Positions 26,109-39,946 of a stretch of DNA of 64,000 bases are shown piece by piece. The notes under the pieces are model-generated. The model saw nothing but the letters and a program-made list of their open reading frames with translations. It was not told where the DNA came from and did no database searches. A program made the translations under genes and the position numbers. Numbering within the stretch: the stretch's first letter is position 1; every line of letters starts with the position of its first letter. The stretch comes from Octopus vulgaris. Taxonomy: Eukaryota. The stretch covers positions 16,864,001 to 16,928,000 of the forward strand of contig OX597832.1 of the NCBI GenBank assembly GCA_951406725.2. Reading direction: 5' to 3'.

Positions 26109-26150
26109 AATTCTTGAAAAGTCACATTATGACGAAAACCGGTTTGAATT
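26109..26150 (+). ncRNA. Type I hammerhead ribozyme-like motif, U3-A8 core variant
   Basis: Reads AAUUC-UUGAAAA-GUCA(cauua)UGAC-GAAA-ACCGGU-UU-GAAUU, giving a 5-bp stem I, a 4-bp stem II and a palindromic stem III. Lies inside a (TA)n-bounded island (about 25700-26310). Confidence 0.6.
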
Positions 26151-26306
26151 AATATATATATATATATTAATTCAATTTTTCAAAAACTTTTTCGATACAC
26201 CCATATTCATTAAAATTTTCTTTCAATTTAGCATTCTGCATTTTTACAATTTTTCCTTGTTTATCATTTCTCCACGTGCGGTCAACACAACCCTACCATT
26301 TATTGA

Positions 26307-26374
<68 letters not shown>

Positions 26375-28064
26375 CATACATACAAATGTTTATACGCGAA
26401 AATGAAACCTCTTGTTGGCTTTATGCAGGATTAGTGCACCTGTCTATCATATTCCTACTAATATTTCCCCCACCTTGATGAATTTCAGGAATTAACTATT
26501 TTTCTGTAAATAGAATAGGATTACATGGCAAGTTTAAGTAATAAGTCAATATTAGTTTTGTTTTCGTTTAACAATGTGTTTTTGACGTTTTATGATGTGA
26601 CAGGTCTTAGTCAAGTATCATAAATTATATGACTGACAAAGTGGAATTCCAAAGGGGAAATTTGTCAGCATAGCTTGATAATTAAATGCCGCCTACGGTT
26701 GAAGAGGCCGTAGAGAAGTGAGTATCGGTTGCTTCCAGTCTTGAGGGAGAAACGTGGAGGAAATGTAATTAGCTATTTTACTGTTCTAATCAAAATATAT
26801 GAGACACACACGAGAATTTTAATAAGCCAAAATAAGATTAAGCGAGAACACATCAACATAGTCTAGACTCTAGACTAAGACATGTTCCCATACACCCAAA
26901 TAAACATACATACACACATACATACATAACAACTTATATACATATATATATATATATATATACATGCATAAACTCGCACAGATATATATATGTATGTGTG
27001 GCAGAAACGCGTGGTTGAGAATCATGTAATATAAAGCGATAAAACAAGTGTGTTTACAATGTCAATAATACGTCAGTGAAAAAATAACAACAAAGACAGA
27101 TTGGCATATTGAAGGAAGGGTATTATGACAAGAGAGAGATAGAGAGGGAGAGGAATTGAGAGAGTGAAAGAGAGAAAGAGAATCAGCGGGAGAAAGAATG
27201 GTAAAATAGTTAAAGCGGGGAAAAAACTGAAGGAGAGAAATAGTGGTTAGGTTAATACACCAGGTGAAACGGGACGCATTCGATTGCGGTGACTGTTTAA
27301 AGAGAAATGTCGATAAATATCCACTTTTTTAATTTATTTAGGGATTAATAGACGCAAACTCTGGCTCACCTTCTCTCCTTTATTGTAAATGAAATGGTTA
27401 TTTATCTAACCAGCCAACTAACGGAACGTTTTTATTTTTAGTTTTATAATTTGTTGGTTAAGGAACCAATGAATTGTTTGTATGAGAGGTGAAACGGAAT
27501 CAGTGCGTGTGTTTGTTATTATTTGTGTAATGGCCCTCTCAAATTACAACAAGCTGCGCTTCATGAATCGAGCATATTAAATACCAAAACGAAGTATGAA
27601 AAAGGCAATATATGTGGAAAATCAGTTTTTCCCGAGACCTCTATTCGTCTCACTAACTTACAAAAATAACATTTTCAACAGGTTTAAAACACACATAACA
27701 ATATTGTTTTATGTTTGGAACTATACTTACAGAAAAATTAAATAACACAAGACGTATATTTTATGATTACTTGTGTCATGATGATGGGTGCATGAACGCA
27801 AACTTGTATAAATATATCTAGATTCAAAGCACGGTGATGTAACCACTGGGGAATCATGGGAAGATGAGCATTTTAATTGGTCGCTGGGGCGCGTTTTTGC
27901 AATCGAATCACAATACATGGCTAGCCGCCAGTCTGTGTTGTCACACATCAATTCCTAATAAATGCAACATGACTCACCACTGAACTTACTTTCTCAGATT
28001 AGTAATGATTGAATTGGTGATTAACGATGGCAGATATATACAACTACAGGTATGCAAATATATA

Positions 28065-28135
<71 letters not shown>

Positions 28136-28141
28136 AATAAG

Positions 28142-28436
28142 GATAAGATCGATATTTAAATATCGATCTTATCAAGTTGCCAGCATGGGAGAAAAAACCT
28201 TACAAAGGCAATAATTATTTAAAATTATAAATTAGGGTATCTGAGAGATACCACTACGCTGAAATATCAGTCAAAACCTGACCCTAAAGCCACATTAAAT
28301 GTTCATATAGCACTAGAAAGTAGACAGAGAGACAAAATAAACTAACTGTGCTATATGAACATTTAATGTGGCTTTAGGGTCAGGTTTTGACTGCTATCTC
28401 AGCGTGGTGTTATCTCTCAGATACCCTAATTTATAA

Positions 28437-28438
<2 letters not shown>
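28142..28438. repeat. (TA)n-flanked double palindrome
   Basis: Perfect 32-bp palindrome at 28142-28173, plus inverted arms of about 91 bp (28223-28313 / 28348-28438). Confidence 0.85.
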
Positions 28439-28502
<64 letters not shown>

Positions 28503-29000
28503 CCTTTCAGTTCGTTTATGGGAATTACTCTTGTGTATGCATATACAAGGTCCGGTTTTATTATGCCGGCTGCAGCCTAATGATGCCAAATTGCAATTGG
28601 ATTGTACAGAGCTACCCCGATATACTACGGGATAAATATAGGATTATATAAATGATAATCAATGGATAACAATCATAAATACTTCAATGCATCAGTACGC
28701 GCGTTTCCACACATCACGTGTTTCTTTCGATCATAGAACAAATTCCTGGGATAATTACAGTACAGTCTGTAGTACCCATGGACATCAGGTGGATCACTGT
28801 TCATGTGTTCTTTTCTTCAGGTGACATGCACGCAGGTACACACAGAGATACGCACAAGAAAAAATGCACATATCTTAGAGTTCTTTACTCATGTATCCTT
28901 CACAAACAAATGTTTCTATATGCATCCTAAAAAAAGCCGTATTGATTGTTTACATATAAGCTGCAGGTATATAACTGGTAAAGCAGCGTATAATTTTCAA

Positions 29001-29334
29001 TCCTGCTGCAATGGGAGACCCCCTTCAGTCATGAATGTCTATGGGATAGCCTCCGAGGTACAAATCCGGGCAAGGCTGTTTATGGAAGGCCAGCCGTCGC
29101 CCATGCATACAAGCCTCTCTTCTCCACACCCCTGATGTTATCCAAGGGAAAGGCTAACGCCGATACAGCTTGGCACCAGTGATACCGCAACTCATTTCTA
29201 CAGCTGAGTTAAATTGAGCAACTTGAAATAAAGTGTCTTGATGAAGAACACAACACACTGCCCTGTCCGGGAATTGAACTCACAACCTCACGATCGTAAG
29301 CTCGACGCTCTAACCACTGAGTCATACGCCTTCA
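29001..29334 (-). mobile_element. tRNA-derived CORE-type SINE family D
   Basis: Reverse complement shows GAAGGCGTATGACTCAGTGGTTAGAGCG (A box), GAGTTCAATTCCC (B box), then a CORE-like GTGTTGTGTTCTTCATCAAGACACTT...CTCAGCTGTAGAAATGAGT segment. Confidence 0.75.
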
Positions 29335-29595
29335 AAATATGACTGCACTATGACACAATATATATAGTTACCTAAGTACTTGACCTCTATACACATCACT
29401 TGCCAATATTCTGTTATTGAGTCATATAGAGGCAATCAAACAAAAAAAAAACAGAACTCATACACTTAGTCATATAGCGGTAGGAATATAAACAAAACTG
29501 AACCGTATGCGTGTGAATGTGTACAGGCACATATGTATAAGATTGTATGTGTGAATGTGTTTGTGTGAAAACTTTGTACATAAAATCCAACCATG

Positions 29596-29628
<33 letters not shown>

Positions 29629-31299
29629 TCGTTGATATATGCTTGCTTTCATATGTATTGCACTCACACATGCACATGTGTTGATATATGCAGACAGAAT
29701 GAAACAAAGATAGCGTGTGCCTGATTTAGAGAGAGTGAGAGAGAAAGAGAGAGAGAAAGAGACCAATTGACGGACAGACAGACACACAGACAGACATGAT
29801 GACTGAGCGAGAAGTACATAATGTTACACGCATACATAGATGGTATCAATAGTCGCAATAACTTAGAAAGAAATTTTTGTGTGTTTTCTTTATTTCTATT
29901 TGCCTCAGTTTCGAAATAATTTGATATGTTCGCCATTTTGCTTAATTTTTCTTTCCTATTTTCCGTATTACGTAAAACGAAATGCTTTCGTATATTAATT
30001 GATTTTACATAACATTTTCTACTCTCCAAATATTTATTTGTTAATTTTAATTCCAGTCTTTTATTCTTTTAGAAATTCTTTCATTCCTTACATCATTGTT
30101 ATTGCCCTTGCTGCTGCGTGTTTTCTCCTTGTTCTTTTTGTTGTTTGTAGTTAAAGTTGTTCGGTTTTGTTATTTGAGAGTATTTTGCAAATATTTGCAA
30201 TAAACTTCACATAACTTTACGTGTTGTGTTTCTCATTTATTATTTGCCGAATCTGATATTTAACTGAAACATGTTTTAACAATTTTGCCTTTGAAAGAAA
30301 GGGGGAAAAGAGTAAGAAGAAATGTTCTTGGAGAGGTCACCAGCAATGAAAATATCATTAATATCCTACAGTGTAACCTTTCTTCCCAGACATCTAAAAT
30401 GGCGATAGGAATCAGATTGCTAAAACGTAATGATTTTAGATTTAGGTTTTTCTTCTGCAGCTTTCCAAATTCTTTCATTTATATTTTTCTTTCGAGAAAT
30501 TTTGAAGAAAATAAATCCGTATCAAACTTGCTTCGCTTTTCATATTAATCCTCACACTTTTTCTGCGTTTCACAATTATCTCTATGCTTCAATATGCTTA
30601 TATTCCAGAAATCCATTTATCTTCTTTTAGCTATCTATTTAGCTTATATCAGACACATCAAATACGTTAGATCTGAAAAAAAATAGAACATTTATTTTCC
30701 TAATGAAAAATAACATGAATAATATCCATCGATATTATATATTTATAGATAATAAATATCATTTGTTTGTCTGTTTGTCATTTTATCGATATAGACTTTG
30801 TTCCAGGGGGGCATCGATATTTTCATTTTTTATTTTCATCTGGAAATATATCAATATTTGTCTATGAGTTTAAGTGCGATATATTTGTTCATATCAGTTT
30901 CAACGATTTAGTAAAAAAAGACATGTGACGTATCGATAAATTTTACAGATTCTTTGTGAGTCATGAGACTGATACAGTTGATATATTGAACTCCAAATTC
31001 TTTAAGCCAACGCCTTCACGAAGATCGTGTTCGGTAATCGAATTCAGATGGGTTAACTTTCAGCTAAATAGAATTCCGACCTAAGGTTAATTGCTGGAAT
31101 TAGGATCTACTGAGACACGATAAGGTTGATGAATGAATCTATTGTCTGAATGTATCTGCTTTGCAAGAAAATAGTGCCGACTATCATTGTAGTCCTATAA
31201 TAAACTGTAGACGAGTTGCGGTGTTTCGATGAGAATTTATCAGTTAGTTTGAGAGTCTAACATTTGAATCCAATTAAGGTAGGGTCAAATATGGAGACA

Positions 31300-31700
31300 T
31301 ACACCGTTATTTTCTCGGGTCTTCCTTGTCAACCCTGTGTACAACGACCGAGCATGTCACGATCTTAGCAAGATACCCCTTCATCTGCTGTGATCATGTG
31401 ACTTGTTATCGACCAACACGATTCGTTATGCTAGCCAGATGTTTCGAAAAGAAAACATGATACGTGGGACACAAACGAAGAATATCACGCATCACGACCA
31501 AACAGATTGAGCAGACACTCCCGAATTATACAAATAAGATGACGCATCACAGCTTCTGAATATAGTGATCGGCTGAACACGAAATCCGTGTAATAGTAAA
31601 CCATAATTCTGCGAAGCGTCCAGGTACCAAAAGAGAGACTACGTATGTAATTGCACAATAAAACAAGGATATAAAGTAAATTTTTTCTGCTCTTCACAGT
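31300..31700 (-). mobile_element. Highly decayed RTE-like LINE 3' fragment
   Basis: Minus translation has SFGTWTL (compare YGCETWTL), followed by a weak GRPR-like region. Similarity is weak. Confidence 0.3.
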
Positions 31701-33640
31701 TCTGTGTTGGTTAGATATCTCACTGTTAATGTTCTATAAATTAAAGAGGAATACCTCAAACTCCAGCGTCATGAATTCGTTTCCTAAATCAGATATATAT
31801 ATATACATATATATTTTTCCCGATGGGGCTCGGTGCAGTTTTCTTATAGCAGCGTGTCTTCTCGAGTTCTTGCTTCATCATTATCAATCGAGAATTTTAC
31901 CCAGCGATTCTCGACAATGGTTTTGCATATAGAATACGATTTATATTATCAAAAGTACACCGTCCACTTCTATTAGTTTCTATCCTGAGAATCCACGTTA
32001 CTGCTGCCGGTACTTACATCTATAATTTCTTTATGTTACATTAATGTTCACATATGATTACTAATATTAAAGGATTCATGGAAAATGTTATTTTTCTCCC
32101 CAATAGTTGTTCACTTCGTTGTTTTACGTCTTTCCAAATAATCTACAAAATGGACTACAATTTCTTAGAGTTACTAACAATAAACTTACTGAAATCACGA
32201 GATCCACATTTATCTAAACGTTTGATTTAGCTACTGAACACCTAGCAAGAGGTATTCAGTAGCTAACAAGAGTGTCTCTGAATCATGAAAGTTGATGTTC
32301 TCTCACAGTATAAATGTGCAGCCAGCAGATGAAGAAATTAAGAAGAAACTAGAAGTTACGTTTTGCTTAATATTTCGATGTCATGTGAAACTCGAAAGGC
32401 CAGACCAAGGCTTTCGGATAATTATGTAAATAACATTTTATGTGCAAGTCGTATTTGTTGCTAATTTCCTTTTAAATCACACTGCATGAGACAATACAGT
32501 TGATATTACTGTATTTCTGTGTGTCAAAGACCATGTCGCATAACAGAAACCCCTACTATTTTGTCAAAAAATGTATATTTTGCTCATAAAATAAATTTAA
32601 ACTGTTTCGTCATATAGTCATACTGCCGGTACACTTCTATAAGAATGGCACATTGGTCCTAATTTTCAGAATAGAAATGCATGTCCTTTACGTCAGTATA
32701 TGCAGTATTAATTAGAGATTTTACCGGGGTGTTTCTTCAGTCATTTAATAAATTTTCATACACTCTGGTTAAAGTGGGGCAGAGAAACCACATTAAAATT
32801 AGATGGTCGACTTATATGAGATTATAATATTACGGGCAACGGAGTGACAATAAACTACACTAATGGATTTAAGTGCTGGTTCTGTTGAAAATTGAAGGAC
32901 TTTACCGAATATGTTAATTACCTGAAAATGAACGGAGATTACACAGGCCAAATAGTTGTGATTATAGGAACCGCAGACAAGAACATTATTCCAAATATAG
33001 TAAAATTCTTGCTTATGATATTATTTATATAACCTCTAGAGGTCAATATAAATTACTCTAGGTAAAGTAGAAATATAAATCACTGCGTCAAAAAGGTTTA
33101 CGAATCATACTGCTTCCTTGAGCTGCTTTGTGCAGCACAATTTGCACCTATCTTCTTTCCCTTCTTAAGAATACATTGCTGTGTATTTATATTTTATCTA
33201 TTTATAGAATAGGTTGCACAATGTCATGATTTATTTCGTTATATATCAAACGATGAGCGATAGAGAATATCATTTTGTGTTAGTGACAAGTCGACTCGCT
33301 CGTTTCATTCAGATCGCGGTAAAAGCAAAGAAGCGAATGTAACATAGACCAAAGCAAATATCGCAAAGGATTTAACAAACGAATACATTACAATTAATTT
33401 CAATAGAAGAAAAGGAAGCAGGATTTCTATTCTGACATTGGCAAATAAATCATTCCCCGTTATTATAGTGAAAGACGAAGTCACACCAAATCACAACTGC
33501 ATACATATAGGCACTTACGCACAAGCACAAACTTGAACACAGCCTCCTTATATATGTATATATATATATACATGCATATATATATATATATATATACATA
33601 CATAAATACGTACGTGCATACATACATACATACATATATA

Positions 33641-33731
<91 letters not shown>

Positions 33732-34442
33732 TATGCTAACTAGATAAGGTGGCTAGGGAGAGATATAGACGGACAGGTAGATACAAAGGTAAATAGATAG
33801 ACAAGTATGTAGGTTGGTTGGTAGGTTGGCATTTAAATTGGCAGGTAGGTAGTGAGTTACATAAATGTTTTGTTGTGTATATAGTTTGGTGGGTTTGTCT
33901 GTGTGTCCGATTAACACGTGAATAATTTTGTGAAACAAACTTCATTAACGGCATTGTCATACCTGCGCACTAATTGCCAGGAAACTAGGTCTAGAACTCA
34001 GTTTCCTCAGGTGCTGTTCTTGTCTCTACATATATGAACGGCTTTATTAAACTACGTTAAACTACCTTTTAAAGTGACTCTACCTTTTAAAATGACACAT
34101 GGATGTTATAAAATGTATTATATAGCCACGTGGCTTGCCTTTCTGATTAATGTAATCTACGTTTGATTTTTTTTTCTCAGAAGATGCATATGTTCATACA
34201 CCTACGTTTTTCTTTAATGTATGAAAAATCATCATGCAACATATAAAATGCACCCAGCAACAACGATTGAAAATTCCGGTTACAATATTGTTTCTCTGCC
34301 TAGATTCATAGAAACACTTGGCTTTCATTGTTGTAGTCAAGTATAAATTGAAGCTGTTAAAATTGGTTCATTTCTCACAATCTACAGTAGCCTGCGTCTG
34401 ATATTGCTTTGAAATACACACACACACGCACACGCACACACA

Positions 34443-34475
<33 letters not shown>

Positions 34476-34511
34476 GCATATATATATATATATATAATAT
34501 AATATAATATA

Positions 34512-34800
34512 TATAAATTAGAGAAAAACCACTATTTTGTAATTCAATCAATGATAGCCATAAACCATATCATATAGAAAAAAATATATGATAAAACATA
34601 TCTAGATCACAAAAAGTTCATAATAAAAATAAACAGTATATAATAAAAAAAATTACGTACGTTTCGTGGCTATAACTTCAATTCGAATTTTGTTTTTTCT
34701 CTAATTTATATATATTATATATTTATATTGTGAAATTTGATTGAATACTAAATTGAATTTTTCCCTGAAAGTTTGTAGTTATACTCCCTAATATTATATA
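34512..34800. mobile_element. Diverged copy of the 6157-6475 element with a half-hammerhead
   Basis: Start TAAATTAGAGAAAAACCACTATTTTG, an inverted copy of that start at about 34694-34710, and end TGAATTTTTCCCTGAAAGTTTG...TCCCTAATAT. GAAACGUACGUA on the minus strand at 34654-34665. Confidence 0.6.
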
Positions 34801-35705
34801 TATGTAAGGGAAGACATGACTGCTATTTCTAGAAGAAACATCGTCTGCAAATATGAACCTGTATTTTGTTATCAGCAAATACTAACGACTTGTTGCACGC
34901 ATATACATTTCTAAACTATTCAAATGTTACAGCTACCGAGAAACGAAAAGCTAAGTACTTCTAATAGCATGCGGTTTGAATTCTGCTCTGTATACGATTG
35001 TCGTTTCTCGCAAATCTGGATTCGAATATGCGATCAAGTCAAAGCTGACCTCATTCAATCGGCTTTCGCTCAATATACTCTGTGGAAATATTAGTGTATA
35101 TGACTTATGCTATTGCCATCATTCATTAGTCCCTCGAGTTGTGTATTCTTGTTTCAGGCGTCTTCTATGATTGTCGAAATTTTATTTGACACTTTAGCGG
35201 ATGTTTCATTTTCCGCAGCTCAACATCACTGCTTATTGCCTTCATGATGACTTAGTTTTCTTTCGAAACATTTTCTTCTTAAATTCTTCATCTATATTTC
35301 TTTTGCCGCAGGCTACTGCAGCACTTGTTCTGTTTCTGCTTGTTGATTAGATAATTACATCCTGTTTCTCTAAGCTTTGCTCCCCATTACTAAAACAGTG
35401 CATTTTTTTTTTTTTTTATTTACTGTTCATTGATAGTTTCAGTAGAATTCATGTGAATACCTTGATATCATCTCATTAATATGTTGCTATGCAAATGTTC
35501 TTAGTCTGTCCATTTCGGAAATCATTACTTTATATTTAGAGACCTCCAAATTTTTCGTCTTTATCTTTACTCGTTGAAGGCGTTTGGCTTTTATATCTAC
35601 AGTTTCTAACCTAACGAGTTTCCGTGAGTTCGTTTACTGGCTGCATTCTTGTAATTTTTAGTTGAGTTTGTCAGTGTTGTTCCTACCTTGATATTATCCA
35701 TATTC

Positions 35706-36093
35706 GTGGAGGCGCAATGGCCCAGTGGTTAGGGCAGCGGACTCGCGGTCATAGGATCGCGGTTTCGATTCCCAGACCGGGCGTTGTGAGTGTTTATTGA
35801 GCGAAAACACCTAAAAAGCTCCACGAGGCTCCCGCAGGGGATGGTGGTGATCCCTGCTGTACTCTTTCACCACAACTTTCTCTCACTCTTACTTCCTGTT
35901 TCTGTTGTACCTGTATTTTAAGGGGCCGGCCTTGTCACTCTCCGTGTCACGCTGAATATCCCCGAGAACTACGTCAGGGGTGCACGTGTCTGTGGAGTGC
36001 TCAGCCACTTACATGTTAATTTCACGAGCAGGCTGTTCCGTTGATTCGGATCAACTGGAACCCTCATCGTCGTAACCGACGGAGTGCTTCCAC
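35706..36093 (+). mobile_element. SINE family C, full length, tail type 2
   Basis: tRNA head GTGGAGGCGCAATGGCCCAGTGGTTAGGGCAG...GGTTTCGATTCCC. Perfect 12-bp TSD ATTATCCATATT (35693-35704 / 36094-36105). Confidence 0.92.
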
Positions 36094-36248
36094 ATTATCC
36101 ATATTAAAATTTCACACCGGTTTCATTTCTTACCTCTGCAGCAAGATATCACGTGATTTCTTCCATCCAGCAACCATATTTATGGTTTAGTTTTGTTAAA
36201 TTTTCTGCGGATTACAGGCTACATATTCCTGAATAAATCTATGTAAAA

Positions 36249-36630
36249 CTAGCAGTATCGCCCGGCGTTGCTCGGGTTTGTAAGGGAAATAACTATAAAG
36301 CATTTTTAGAGATTTATAGCCAAAAAATAGCAAAAACATGCATTAAAAATGGAAAAAATATGATGGTAAATTTTTTTTTTAAATCGTTTACTCATCGTAG
36401 TCATTTTTAGAGAGTTACTTCCCTTTAAAAAAATATGCATTAAAATGGAAAAAAAATTGATGGTAAATTATTTTTTAAATCGTAGACTCATCGTAGACGC
36501 GCGCTAATACCCAGAAGGGCTCGATATATAAGATACCTGGTTTTGGTTAAACTGCACCTCAAAATTTGGGAGAAGTTAGGAATCTAAATCGGAGTAGACA
36601 GACACACAACCTCTCTTTTATATGTAAAGA
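36249..36630 (-). mobile_element. Non-autonomous Helitron, second copy
   Basis: Reverse complement of 11183-11575: A|CTAG, hairpin CCCGGCGTTGCTCGGG, and GA|T at the other end. Confidence 0.85.
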
Positions 36631-36761
36631 TATGGTACGGATTCAATTTATACTTCAACCTGACCATTCATCGTTAGTCTCACTTTAATGCCAAATAGAA
36701 TAGGCGGCATACTCAAAAGACTGAAAACAACATATATTCTTAAAACATATAGATATGCATA

Positions 36762-36915
36762 TAGGTGTAGGAGTGTTTGTATGGTAAGTAGCTTACTTAC
36801 GAACCTCGTGGTTCTGGGTTCAGTCCTACTGCGTGGTACCTTGCGCTAGTGTCTTCTAGTATAGCCTCGGGCTGACCAAAGCCTTGTGAGTGGATTTGTT
36901 AGACGCAAACTGAAA
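36762..36915 (+). mobile_element. SINE family A, 5' half only
   Basis: Head and CORE-like segment match. The copy stops at AAACTGAAA. Confidence 0.8.
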
Positions 36916-37887
36916 TCTTCTTCAGTAGGATACTTTTGGGGGCACCCCATGCTGAATTGCAAAATTCTAGTGTGATATTTGTGTAATAAAGAAATCAAAT
37001 CTCTAGTGTGTGTGTGTGTGTTTACATTACAAAGGCAATGTGTGCCAGACAGAAAGGGAAAGAGAACATTGCAAACAGTGACTGAAATAAACATGAAATG
37101 AAAAAAATCGTATCAATAAAAGCTCATTAAAAACTATTTTGTACCGAATATTTAAATTTGTGAACTTGAAATAATCAATAATAAAAGAAAGTTCAGAGAG
37201 TAAATTCTCCTGAAATCTTCAATTTATAAAAAGTTCTCACTTGCTTAGTAAATATTTATTTTAGTAATTTATCTTCGTTGTGATATATCTTTAATTTAAA
37301 CAATCTTAAAGTTAACCTAACTATATCCTAACTATATTTCACCTGCTAGAAATAGCAGTGATTAAATTGTTATTACTGTAAGGTTTATAGCGTTCCAAAA
37401 TGCGTATAGCGTTCCAAACAAAATCACTTGTACATGTTCTTTTAAAAATTATACCGGTAAAATAAAATTTTGCATCTTATCAAAAATATTTGTTTAACAA
37501 CCTCCGGAAACTGACATTATTCTTGAAAATCTGCATCCTGTCATAAGCCTGAAAGTTATACAGCTATTTCGTCTCAAATCAAAATTGGATAAATTCTTTA
37601 TAAGAATTTATCAAATAGTGAGCATGAAAACCTCATAAAGGAAAGATTTATAATTACCCCCTTTAAATATATTTATATGAAGGGCATTACTACACGTAAA
37701 TGCCTCACGCTATGAGGGACTCTTAACATCAAAACTACCATAATACATACAGTGTCCGGAACGCGAGAGAAAGCAACTCTTGAAGCGAACTCTTAAAAGT
37801 AAATATATCTATGTACTATGCTAGATACATTTGGTATTCGTCCGGTATGTTTATTTTTTCTTCAATTTTATGTATCTTGGATTATGC

Positions 37888-37947
37888 ATGAACTGACAAT
37901 TAAAAAATGCCTTTTGTGGACTAATTATGAAATCATATGATTTACAT
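37888..37947 (+). ncRNA. Degenerate hammerhead motif in array unit
   Basis: AUGAA-CUGACAA-(eroded stem II)-GAAA-UCAUAUGA-UU-UACAU. G8 is mutated. Confidence 0.45.
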
Positions 37948-38028
37948 CTGAATCTGTTTTTAAGAGTCTGCTTCAAGAGTTGCATTCCCCTGTGTTCGGT
38001 AGTTTTGATTTTAAGAGTCCCTCATAAC

Positions 38029-38259
38029 TATTTCTTTATAACCCACTAGGGGCTAAACACAGAGGGGACAAACAAGGACGGACATAGGTATTAAGTCGAT
38101 TACATCGACCCCAGTTCGTAACTGGTACTTAATTTATCGACCCCGAAAGGATGAAAGGCAAAGTCGACCTCGACGGAATTTGAACTCACAACGTAACGCA
38201 GACGAAATACCGCTAAACATTTCGCCTGGCGTGCTAACGTTTCTGCCAGCTCGCCGCCT
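38029..38259 (-). mobile_element. SINE family B, full length, nested in the array unit
   Basis: Family match. It interrupts CCCTCATA(A/G)CGTGAGGC with a short TAAC duplication. Confidence 0.9.
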
Positions 38260-38588
38260 TAACGTGAGGCATTTACGTGTAATAATGATCTTAATATAAA
38301 TAAATATATTAAAGGAAATAATCATAAATTTTTCCGTTATGAGGTTTTTCGCGCTGACTATTTGATAAATTTTTATAAAGGTCTTATCCGATTTTAAAAT
38401 TTTAAATTCAACGGGAATATATTCAGTGATGAATTTATTCTGAATATACACGTGTAGCGAGATGCAATGCAAAACGCCCACCTCTTACATAGATATATAA
38501 GAGCAAACATCTCTATGTACTGTACGGGATACATTTGGTGTTTGTCTGGTAGGTTTATTTTTTGTTCATCTTTAAGTGTCTTGATTAT

Positions 38589-38651
38589 GCCTGCACTGGC
38601 GATTAGAAAGTGTATTTTGTACACTTACTATGAAATCATATGATATGCGGC
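38589..38651 (+). ncRNA. Degenerate hammerhead motif in array unit
   Basis: CUGCA-CUGGCGA-U-UAG.AAGUGUA(uuuug)UACACUU.CUA-U-GAAA-UCAUAUGA-UA-UGCGG. Stems I-III pair and A6 is mutated. Confidence 0.55.
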
Positions 38652-38795
38652 TGAATCTGTTTTTAAGAGTTCGCTTCAAGAGTTGCATTCACTCGCGTTC
38701 GGTACAGTGTATTTATTATGATAGTTTTGACTTTAAAGGAACTTCATAGCGTGAAGCATTTACGTTTAGTAACGCCCTTAATGCAAATATACATA

Positions 38796-38920
<125 letters not shown>

Positions 38921-39182
38921 GAAATAATCATAAATTTTTCCGTTATGAGGTTTTTCGCGCTGACTATTTGATAAATTTTTATAAAGGTCTTATCCGATTT
39001 TAAAATTTTAAATTCAACGGGAATATATTCAGTGATGAATTTATTCTGAATATACACGTGTAGCGAGATGCAATGCAAAACGCCCACCTCTTACATATCT
39101 TTCCTGAGCGTCCAATAATACTATATTTGTTCCACGTCCTCGCATTGTTGTGTTTTTTTTGTGCTTTCTTGTTTGGATGAAC

Positions 39183-39225
<43 letters not shown>

Positions 39226-39226
39226 T

Positions 39227-39288
<62 letters not shown>

Positions 39289-39292
39289 CATA

Positions 39293-39360
<68 letters not shown>

Positions 39361-39873
39361 TATTATATACATATGTATGCATGTATTCATCTATGTACAT
39401 TCTCACAGTGTATTCATGCTTTATGCATAATTCATGATGCCCGCGGTAAATTTATATTATATTATATTATATTCCAGTATATTTTACATAAGATATATTT
39501 TTACAACACTTCCAAATATTAGCATTGGCTTCCTAAGAGTGTAAATGTTTGAAATTGTATGGTATATTCATGGAAACCAACAGGATCGACTCTTCTGAAC
39601 CAATAATTGAAGACAGCAAATATTATTTAATGTATAATTTTGTTCAAATATTTTGCAACGAAAGTTTGCTCGCATTGTTATTATTTGGTGTTCGTCGTAG
39701 TTCTTGGCCTACTTACGAGAATTCAAGAAATGAATCTCAATTCAGAGATGATCCCTCGAGTAAGAGTAATATCTATTCATATTTGTTCATGTGTTCGTTA
39801 TTATTGTTGTTGTTTTTCGCTACTGGTTTTGTTGCTCTTGTTGCTGCTGCCGCTGTTATTGGTATTATATTCT

Positions 39874-39946
<73 letters not shown>

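Noticed and set aside
35706-35782. tRNA-like sequence, also at 51271 and about 29260-29334
   Set aside because: It has A and B boxes but no complete cloverleaf, and it continues into SINE bodies (TSD-bounded at 35706). These are SINE heads, not tRNA genes.
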